Source of the DNA: an uncultured virus (IMG/VR IMGVR_UViG_3300015610_000939) | Taxonomy: Duplodnaviria; Heunggongvirae; Uroviricota; Caudoviricetes | Reading direction: 5' to 3' (one strand) | DNA: 54,552 nucleotides | IMG/VR virus record: IMGVR_UViG_3300015610_000939 | Part shown: piece after piece, positions 46,208 through 52,913 of the stretch | Layout: every line of letters starts with the position of its first letter | How positions within the stretch are numbered: the first letter of the stretch is position 1 | Notes under the pieces: model-generated | What the model was told of the DNA's origin: nothing | The model's input: the letters and a program-made list of their open reading frames with translations, nothing else | Database searches by the model: none | Position numbers and translations under genes: made by a program

Positions 46208-46280
46208 GGGCTCGTAGCTCAATTGGGAGAGCACCTGACTTGCACTCAGGAGGTTGCCGGATCGTTCCCGGTCGGGTCCA
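46208..46280 (+). tRNA. tRNA-Ala(TGC)
   Basis: G3-U70 pair, CCTGA-CTTGCAC-TCAGG. Confidence 0.92.
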
Positions 46281-46348
46281 CTGATAATATCATAGTGGTT
46301 CACACTGAATTTGCATTGCAAACAAAGACAATTCCACTATGTTTCTAA

Positions 46349-46434
46349 GGGCGGGTAGCTCAGTCGGTAGAGCAGTTGGCGAGGGAGAAATCCCGACCCA
46401 ACCGCGCGGAGGTTCGATCCCTCCCCCTGACCCA
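46349..46434 (+). ncRNA. anticodon-less tRNA-like RNA (GAAA-capped arm)
   Basis: canonical D arm GCTC-AGTCGGTA-GAGC and T arm; GTTGG/CCAAC encloses GGGA-GAAA-TCCC. Confidence 0.65.
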
Positions 46435-46495
46435 CTAGACTTCCAGTCTTACAGTCTTACAACTGAATTCAGGAAGAAATCAAAGCATACAAAAA

Positions 46496-46572
46496 CGGGA
46501 TGTAGGTCAATCTGGTAGACCACTCGCTTTGGGAGCGAGGAGTTGAGAGTTCGAATCTCTCCATCCCGACCA
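46496..46572 (+). tRNA. tRNA-Pro(TGG)
   Basis: CTCGC-TTTGGGA-GCGAG, CCA. Confidence 0.93.
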
Positions 46573-46931
46573 AGCCCCTGCACATAAAGAGTACCACTGC
46601 GCGCTGGTGGACGAGGTGCAAGACCTTGCGGGGGCTCTGAGGATCACTCGTCGTGACAAAACTCAGTTGATGCTGTGCGTTCTTGACAGACGTGCGACAA
46701 CGTGTGATCCTCTAATATGCTCACCGAAAGGTAGAGTGACTCGCTGGGATAGAGTCAGCCCAACTCCCAGGTTTGAAAATACGGGGTTGATAAGGAGAAA
46801 GTCGTCCTTGGTTGGACTGCAAACAACCGAACCATGCGGACAAAACACCCGACTTGACACCTGGAGAGACAGGACGTAGATATTGGCCACTTCGCCTCTG
46901 TTGAAAAACATGCGCCCTAAGTGGTCGGTTT

Positions 46932-47004
46932 AGCCCTTTAGTTTTCTGGAGAAGGCACCTGCCTTACAAGCAGGAACAGACGAGTTCGATCCTCGTAGGG
47001 GCTA
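46932..47004 (+). tRNA. tRNA-Val(TAC)
   Basis: CCTGC-CTTACAA-GCAGG. Confidence 0.85.
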
Positions 47005-47014
47005 CTGTTCTTTT

Positions 47015-47089
47015 GGGTTCAAAGCATTAATGGTGATGCACTCGGCTCTTAACCGTGTGAACTCGGATCGTTACCGAGTGGACCCACCA
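47015..47089 (+). tRNA. tRNA-Lys(CTT)
   Basis: GGGTTCA/TGGACCC-ACCA, loop CTCTTAA. Confidence 0.88.
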
Positions 47090-47090
47090 C

Positions 47091-47144
47091 CCCAGCCCTT
47101 AGACGGCCGTCATTTCAGGCTCATGACCTGAAAGGCTGGGACCA
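47091..47144 (+). ncRNA. T-armless tRNA-Met(CAT)-like RNA
   Basis: CCCAGCC/GGCTGGG-ACCA and TTCAGG-CTCATGA-CCTGAA, no T arm. Confidence 0.55.
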
Positions 47145-47216
47145 AAGTTGGGTAGCTGCCCGTTGAGGGCAGTCAACCGTAGCCCTGGTGGGAGGCGAGA
47201 TATTCCACCGTTTCAT

Positions 47217-47294
47217 CGAAGTGTACCGACCCTGGCTCTTAACCAGGAGAATCGTAATTGGTTGCAAATGAGGGTTCGAGTCCCTCCGCTTCGA
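47217..47294 (+). tRNA. non-canonical D-armless tRNA-Lys(CTT)
   Basis: CGAAGTG/CGCTTCG, 7-nt linker TACCGAC, CCTGG-CTCTTAA-CCAGG, 22-nt variable region, GAGGG-TTCGAGT-CCCTC. Confidence 0.75.
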
Positions 47295-47621
47295 CCGCTT
47301 GTCATAAGGGTAATTGATATACCCGTTCTGTATGAGAGAAAGATGGAAGCGAAGTATCGGGCCTAAGCAACCCTGACTGCACGAGCTTGGTGCGGTTGAC
47401 TTTGTGGAAGTCTCATCGAGTGCAGTGAAGTGCCAAGAATGACTGGTAGGGTACCAGCCTACCAGTGCGTCACAGTGCTAGAAAGGAAGAAGGACGTTGC
47501 GTTCGTATGCACCCGATCTCTTCCAAGTTGTGGGTACCGGTCACTCACCTCCCCCGGTAGCGTTCGAAGGTGAATAATGAGACTGATAAAATCGCTTCGG
47601 CGGCAATGCCAAAGAAGCACT

Positions 47622-47693
47622 GGGCCTGTCGTCTAATAGCAAGGACAATCTGCTTCCCCGCAGACGATAGAGGTGCAACTCCTCTCGGGCCCA
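47622..47693 (+). tRNA. tRNA with non-7-nt anticodon loop, identity undetermined
   Basis: GGGCCTG/CGGGCCC, TCTGC-TTCCCC-GCAGA. Confidence 0.6.
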
Positions 47694-47835
47694 CCGGCAA
47701 AAAAGTCTACACTGAGAGTTTGAACAAACCTTGCAGTCTCCCATGATTGGTAAGCGCTTACTGGTCTAGGGGGGAATGCAGCGGAGCCAGCTCTCTGTGT
47801 AGATGGCGGCTCAAACGCGAGAGTCGTTTCAAAAC

Positions 47836-47907
47836 CAAGCATTCTAGCTCACCGGAAGAGCGCCTGAGTGATCGGGAGGTACGGGGTTCGACTCCCCGGA
47901 TGGTTGG
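47836..47907 (+). ncRNA. anticodon-less tRNA-like RNA (GTGA tetraloop)
   Basis: GCTC-ACCGGAA-GAGC, CCTGA-GTGA-TCGGG, CGGGG-TTCGACT-CCCCG. Confidence 0.6.
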
Positions 47908-47944
47908 CGATGAACAAAGCCGTATTTTCGCCCTACTTACTTCC

Positions 47945-48631
47945 ATGAAAAAGAGTGTTTTGGAAGCCTTGATCAAGGAAGCGATCCTGGAAGGTGTCAT
48001 GGATAATATGACAACCCAAATCTCCAGGTTGATCGTGAACCACATGAAGGCTTCCAAGGATTGGAGGAAGATCCCTCCCTTCGAAGCCGATGTTGGCTCG
48101 CTCAAGTTCAAGGCAATCTTTCAACCGTCCCAGGACGGTCTATTCCGCCTCAGAGGGGCTGCTTACGACCAGCTTGGGGAATTGGTCAAGGTGGCCATTG
48201 AAGTGCCCCGCAACGCCGACCTGAGCGGCCTGAGTGACTTCATTCCTTCCTTGAAGAATACCCTTCGGCATGAGCTGGAACATAGGCAGCAGGACAAGCG
48301 TTCGGGTTTCGAGCTTGGCCAAGCAAAGCCTCATGCCGTGGCAAAGGGTTCAATGGATGGTCCGTATCCCAAGGATGTTGGGGGAACTATTCAATCCGTC
48401 ATGGCCTACTACTTGCATCCCAAGGAAGTGGAAGCTTACGTGATGGGGGCTTACAAAGAGGCGAAGACCCGCAAGGCTCCGTTCTCCGATGTGCTCCGAA
48501 ACCAACTCATGGCAATTCACGATCAACTCCTTGGGGAGTTCGATGAAGTCCAGGCAGCCCAGGTAGCAAGATCTATCCAGCGTGCTTGGATGGAGTACAT
48601 CAAAGTGAGATTTCCTCGCAAGCAAGGTTGA
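47945..48631 (+). CDS. HExxH protein (putative zinc peptidase-like) with CTS-like N-terminus
   Basis: LRHELEH..Q and YY....EVEAYV motifs; MKKSVLEALIKEAILEG; TACTTA 5 nt upstream. Confidence 0.7.
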   Translation: MKKSVLEALIKEAILEGVMDNMTTQISRLIVNHMKASKDWRKIPPFEADVGSLKFKAIFQPSQDGLFRLRGAAYDQLGELVKVAIEVPRNADLSGLSDFIPSLKNTLRHELEHRQQDKRSGFELGQAKPHAVAKGSMDGPYPKDVGGTIQSVMAYYLHPKEVEAYVMGAYKEAKTRKAPFSDVLRNQLMAIHDQLLGEFDEVQAAQVARSIQRAWMEYIKVRFPRKQG

Positions 48632-48656
48632 CATTCAAGTGTCGCCCTCTTAGATT
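48628..48656 (+). promoter_or_regulatory. sigma70-type promoter for the tRNA-Met cluster
   Basis: TTGACA-N17-TAGATT. Confidence 0.65.
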
Positions 48657-48680
48657 GAGGGAGTAGCAAGAAACACCCAC

Positions 48681-48756
48681 AGCAGGGTAGAGCAGAAGTA
48701 GCTCGCTTGGCTCATAACCAAGAGGTCGTGGAGAGCATTTCCCACCCCTGCTACCA
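48681..48756 (+). tRNA. tRNA-Met(CAT), atypical T loop
   Basis: CTTGG-CTCATAA-CCAAG, CCA; T loop lacks TTC. Confidence 0.8.
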
Positions 48757-48849
48757 CAAACAGGATCATGAGTTTGCAAGGCCACCCGCCGAAAACGGGG
48801 CTTCCTATGAAGATAGAAAGCTGGCCTTCGTGTTAGAGTGATCGTTTAC

Positions 48850-48922
48850 TGCGGGATGGAGAAGAAGATTCTTGCCGGGTTCATACCCCGGAGACGTGGT
48901 TGAGCATTTCCCACTCCCGCAA
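48850..48922 (+). tRNA. tRNA-Met(CAT), initiator-like, atypical T loop
   Basis: CCGGG-TTCATAC-CCCGG (three G-C pairs). Confidence 0.7.
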
Positions 48923-49006
48923 CTGTTGTTCTCAATCGTGTTGTCTTGTGCATAAAACCGCATGGGGAAGCTCCTTTACGGAAGGTGCCTTAGCACTGGA
49001 AGGTAA

Positions 49007-49426
49007 TTGACAAACTGTTGGTCTCAGATCAAGGTCGTGCCAGCAGGGCATCTTGGGGAGCGTTACCCCAAGGGTAGGAAGGGCCGCAACAAACCATGGG
49101 AATTCTTCCACAGGATTGAGGACACTATGAACTACGCTGTTCGAGCTTTCGTTTTCAAGTGGACAGGTGGCAACCAGGAAGTCTTGGAGACGACACTTGA
49201 TGATCAGTCGATCATTGAGCAGTTCATCTACCGGGCTGTTGACCACGAGACCAACAGGAAGATTGCCGAGCAGTTTGGGAAGATCATCACCCAGGTGAAA
49301 GTGTTCCCAACGGAGAATCAAGGTTGGATGATCCTTGACAAGCACACAAAGCGTGTGCTACACAGGGACATCAAGAACAAGAGTGAAGTCGCCGAGCTGT
49401 GCCAGAAGCACGGTTACTTTGCGTAA
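49007..49426 (+). CDS. hypothetical protein
   Basis: 139 aa, TTG start after GGAAGG. Confidence 0.5.
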   Translation: MTNCWSQIKVVPAGHLGERYPKGRKGRNKPWEFFHRIEDTMNYAVRAFVFKWTGGNQEVLETTLDDQSIIEQFIYRAVDHETNRKIAEQFGKIITQVKVFPTENQGWMILDKHTKRVLHRDIKNKSEVAELCQKHGYFA

Positions 49427-49436
49427 CAAAGACTAC

Positions 49437-49532
49437 TGCGGGGTAGAGTAGAGGTGTCCTCGGGAAACTGGGGCGTAACTCACTTGGCTCATAACCAAGA
49501 GATCGTGGTGTTCGATTCCCACCCCCGCAACC
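49437..49532 (+). tRNA. tRNA-Met(CAT) with D-loop hairpin insertion
   Basis: TGCGGGG/CCCCGCA, CTTGG-CTCATAA-CCAAG; insert TGTCCTCGG-GAAA-CTGGGGCG. Confidence 0.75.
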
Positions 49533-49639
49533 GCAGCCATAGCTCAGCGAGATCAGAAGCTTGGTACCGAGTGGAAGGTCGATGGAAGAGCAACGGGTCT
49601 AGAATCCGTAGGTCAGACGTTCGACTCGTCTTGGCTGCT
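49533..49639 (+). tRNA. tRNA-like RNA with ~34-nt D-loop insertion; anticodon loop TCTAGAA
   Basis: GCAGCCA/TGGCTGC, ACGGG/TCCGT, AGACG-TTCGACT-CGTCT. Confidence 0.6.
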
Positions 49640-49645
49640 CCGCAT

Positions 49646-49719
49646 GCACCCATCTTCTAACGGTTCAGGAAACCACCCTTTCAAGGTGTGAAATACGGGT
49701 TCAAATCCCGTTGGGTGCG
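49646..49719 (+). tRNA. tRNA-Glu(TTC)
   Basis: CACC-CTTTCAA-GGTG. Confidence 0.85.
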
Positions 49720-50202
49720 CTACTTCTTCTTCTGGTACTCAACCTGATTGGCGTTCCAGACGACAATTTCCCGCAACTTTCCATTGAAGAACTGAAAGAT
49801 TGCGTCATACCCCTTGGACTGAGCCAAGTTCTTGACTTGAGTTCCGAGGTAACCTTTCTTCATTTCTTCCTTCTCAACGAAGGCTTCGGCCTTTGCTTGA
49901 TCGACTCCGAGCTGAACAAGGGCGTCCACCATAGGGTGGGTACGGTTGTTGTCGGTGTAAATCTTCAAGGGGTTATGGATTCTCAGGCGTGTCTGAACAA
50001 CCTGACCACCTGACTCAGCAGCATAATCCTGGGCAACATCCTTGATTGGGGTGAAGTAAGCGCCAGAACCAAGCGCTCCTCTGCCATTTGTCTTAACGGC
50101 CTTGACACCGTCCCAGGTACCACCATGGTATACGGGACCAATGTTGAAGTCGTTCTCGTCTTCCAAGAGCAAGGAGTAGATGCTGTACCAATGAGCACTC
50201 AT
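49720..50202 (-). CDS. ADP-ribosyltransferase-like protein (ART-PolyVal type)
   Basis: VYHGG, G.LGSGAYFTP....A..YA, L.I.NPL, GYDAI......EIVVW...Q (H-Y-E triad pattern). Confidence 0.75.
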   Translation of the reverse strand: MSAHWYSIYSLLLEDENDFNIGPVYHGGTWDGVKAVKTNGRGALGSGAYFTPIKDVAQDYAAESGGQVVQTRLRIHNPLKIYTDNNRTHPMVDALVQLGVDQAKAEAFVEKEEMKKGYLGTQVKNLAQSKGYDAIFQFFNGKLREIVVWNANQVEYQKKK

Positions 50203-50549
50203 GGAGCTAAATACTACGACATTGAGGAAGATTTCCTACGGTCTTTGGATGACATTTCCGACCACAAGCTGATTATTGTCAACGAGAGAAGTCCGATTAT
50301 TTCTCCAACGTTGCCCCTTGCAGCTTTCCACAACGCTTGCTTGATTGTCCAAAAAACCTGTGATCGGTTTAGGACGACTGGTTTGTTTACGGTCAAGTGG
50401 ATGGTTTGGAAGAACAGGTTTGGGCCTTCAAATGTAAGCCTCAGCCTCAAAGCACGACAGGTTCTCTTTGACCGCTATGTCGTCCTTGCCGAGCGTTCTG
50501 GTCGCGCAACCCCACTTAACATCACTGAAGTCAGGGCTAAGTTGCTGAC

Positions 50550-50849
50550 ATGAAGACAGAGTACATCCAGCTTCCCGAAGGGCTCGACCTCAACAAGTTG
50601 TTTGCGCACCGGGTTGCGTTGCGCACCATGTCGCGCGCTGACTTCATCCACGAACATGGTTCAGGCACCCTCCGCAAGAACACCAAGCTCGGCATGGACA
50701 ACAACCGCCAGTACCTTGATGAGCGAACCGCTTACGAGTTTCTCCTCGGGGTTCTACTGGGTGGACATCTACAAGCTGGTCAAAGACCTGAATTCGTATC
50801 TTCTTCACAAACACGGTTGACACTCCCGAGAAGGGGTGTTACCTTCTGA
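50550..50849 (+). CDS. hypothetical protein, possibly truncated or frameshifted
   Basis: 99 aa; 3' end may continue in another frame ending at 50820. Confidence 0.4.
   Translation: MKTEYIQLPEGLDLNKLFAHRVALRTMSRADFIHEHGSGTLRKNTKLGMDNNRQYLDERTAYEFLLGVLLGGHLQAGQRPEFVSSSQTRLTLPRRGVTF
50817..50845 (+). promoter_or_regulatory. sigma70-type promoter for tRNA-Glu
   Basis: TTGACA-N17-TACCTT. Confidence 0.6.
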
Positions 50850-50859
50850 ACATCGAAAC

Positions 50860-50932
50860 GGTCCTATCTTCTAAAGGTACAGGAATCCTGATTTTCACTC
50901 AGGCAATGAGGGTTCGATTCCCTCTAGGATCA
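50860..50932 (+). tRNA. tRNA-Glu(TTC)
   Basis: CCTGA-TTTTCAC-TCAGG. Confidence 0.88.
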
Positions 50933-51059
50933 CTGTCTGCTATGCCTATAAGGCGACCGAGAGGGCAGAAAGGTACCCCGCACCACCTATCCAAGTTTGC
51001 GGGAGGTCGTTGAACACCTACGATTCAACCTGCCGCCCTGTCGGTCACAGGGTAATCCT

Positions 51060-51136
51060 GGTCCCATCTTCTAACAGGTTCAGGAACCCTGATTCTCAAT
51101 CAGGTAATGCGGGTTCAAGCCCCGCTGGGATCACCA
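51060..51136 (+). tRNA. tRNA-Glu(CTC)
   Basis: CCTGA-TTCTCAA-TCAGG, CCA. Confidence 0.9.
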
Positions 51137-51137
51137 T

Positions 51138-51210
51138 GGACCATTTGCAATCTGGTGATTGCAGCAAGCTGTTAACTTGCCCAAGCAGGGTTCGATTCCC
51201 TGGTGGTTCG
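51138..51210 (+). tRNA. tRNA-Asn(GTT)
   Basis: GCAAG-CTGTTAA-CTTGC. Confidence 0.85.
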
Positions 51211-51214
51211 TCAA

Positions 51215-51556
51215 ATGTCAATCAAAGATATCAAACCAACCCAATCGGAGCTCGAATGCGGAATTGAGTTCACTCCCGAAGAACGGCTTCGAGAGGTTGC
51301 TGCGGAGATTTTCCTGAAATGCCAGGATGAATGGAAGGAGCGCATCCTCCATCATCTCTCGAACGAAGAGATTCAAGAGCTCCTGAAGGATGAAGACTTC
51401 TGCAAGCACAACGAACTGTCTCTTGCGCAGGTTGCAAGGACTGAACTTCGTTGTCGCGCCTCACTTGCGCGTGCAATCCAAGTTGGAACGCCCTACTGCA
51501 TCTATCACGACTGCAAAACAACTGACTGCCCTGACGGGCATTTTGACGACGAGTAA
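51215..51556 (+). CDS. hypothetical protein
   Basis: 113 aa. Confidence 0.5.
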   Translation: MSIKDIKPTQSELECGIEFTPEERLREVAAEIFLKCQDEWKERILHHLSNEEIQELLKDEDFCKHNELSLAQVARTELRCRASLARAIQVGTPYCIYHDCKTTDCPDGHFDDE

Positions 51557-51560
51557 AGCC

Positions 51561-51857
51561 ATGGAAAACGAAGTGTTCTCTCTTATTCTCAGCAAGTATG
51601 TGCCGTATGAGGGATACGATGTGAATTTTCTTGGAACCTTCCGCTCCATCGAGGGCCTGTTGGATGGTTTCGCAGCTTGGGTGGAGGCAGATAACCACCC
51701 TGCTTTGGCGAAGGAACTTTCTGGACTCAAGACCGTTGACCAAGTCAACGAGGTTTTGGACCGAAACAGGCGGGAATTTGGGTATTCCTACGATTCTGTG
51801 TATATTGAAGTCACGGCACACAAGATTGGCGAAGTCATCTTGCCGAATGCCATGTGA
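51561..51857 (+). CDS. hypothetical protein
   Basis: 98 aa from MENEVF. Confidence 0.55.
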   Translation: MENEVFSLILSKYVPYEGYDVNFLGTFRSIEGLLDGFAAWVEADNHPALAKELSGLKTVDQVNEVLDRNRREFGYSYDSVYIEVTAHKIGEVILPNAM

Positions 51858-52069
51858 TGGTTACACTGTCTGAGAAGGATAGAAACAACATGCTCACAGA
51901 ACAAGACATTGACGACCTCCGAAACACCAAGACTGAACAGGAATGGGACTCCGTCTGCGACAGGATCAAGGCTGCGCACAAAGGCAGCTATCCTGCGGAC
52001 TGGTACCCCCGTGTGCTTGCCTCGGGATTTGCTGCTACTGTCTTTCGCGGGTGGAAGAACAATGGCTAA
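51854..52069 (+). CDS. hypothetical protein
   Basis: 71 aa; probable start 51890 after AAGGA. Confidence 0.55.
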   Translation: MMVTLSEKDRNNMLTEQDIDDLRNTKTEQEWDSVCDRIKAAHKGSYPADWYPRVLASGFAATVFRGWKNNG

Positions 52070-52334
52070 AATTGGAACTGCTGACTGCAAGCTCGCGATC
52101 GTCCAACACATTCAGAACAACCCAGGGATCGTCGCACGAGAGTTTTGCGATGGTCAAGGGAAGCCAAATACTCCCTTCAAGGCGACGGCAGATGGCAGGG
52201 TACTCTCTGCGGTTGATTTCGAAAAGCCAGCTCAGAAAGTGAAAAGCTGGAAGAGGTGCGAAAAGCAACGTACCACCGGCGGCGGACGCTATTGTGTACA
52301 AGGTTCCAGTTGGAGCAACGATGCGGATGTTTGA
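52062..52334 (+). CDS. hypothetical protein (may continue via frameshift to 52440)
   Basis: 90 aa from MAKIGTADCK. Confidence 0.45.
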   Translation: MAKIGTADCKLAIVQHIQNNPGIVAREFCDGQGKPNTPFKATADGRVLSAVDFEKPAQKVKSWKRCEKQRTTGGGRYCVQGSSWSNDADV

Positions 52335-52782
52335 GTGTTCTGCTAGCAATGAAGCTCAGAACACCTACGAAGATCAGCTCCGTGCCTACACATACGACGA
52401 TGGTAATACGATTCTGCGTGTCGTCGTAGCAGGCGAGTAGCAACCTGCAAGGATAAACTTTACGGAGACCCCTCCATTATACGGGATGCTTCCATGTTGA
52501 TTTCGGTTGACATGGGAGCAAACGGCTCTAAGGTAGAACCGATGCTTGGTTGGCCTCCAATTCTGGCCTATCCCCTCAAGGGCAAGCGGGAGCTAATACG
52601 GGTGCGAATCCTGGGTCCCCTCCAATTGTCGTCAACTTCCGGGGTTGACAGCACTTCTGATTGATGCTTACAGAAGAGAAACAAGCAGAGCATATCGTCA
52701 CCATACAAACAGGGTAGCCTGGGTCGAAAACTGTATGGCGTGGAGTAAGCTCGGAAGAGCGAGTGCGTCTGAAACAGGCAAA

Positions 52783-52853
52783 TAGATGGTAGCTTAATGG
52801 AAAAGCACCCTGCGGAAAGCAGGAAGATGTGGGTTCGAGTCCCACTAGTCGAG
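52783..52853 (+). ncRNA. degenerate tRNA-like RNA with GGAAA loop
   Basis: D and T arms good, CCTGC-GGAAA-GCAGG, poor acceptor. Confidence 0.5.
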
Positions 52854-52913
52854 CATCACTCAACAAACACGCAGCTACGTCAAGGCTGCTTCAAGAAGAA
52901 AGCTGGATTGGCA

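Noticed and set aside
47300..47620. RNase P RNA
   Set aside because: Only a loose AGTGCC-AAGAA similarity; the universal GAGGAAAGTCC / CGGCTTA P4 elements were not found.
39981..47842. Short ORFs overlapping tRNA/ncRNA genes (e.g. 40099, 40566, 44702, 45030, 46118, 47148)
   Set aside because: They overlap clear cloverleafs or hairpin-dense RNA and have non-protein-like composition.
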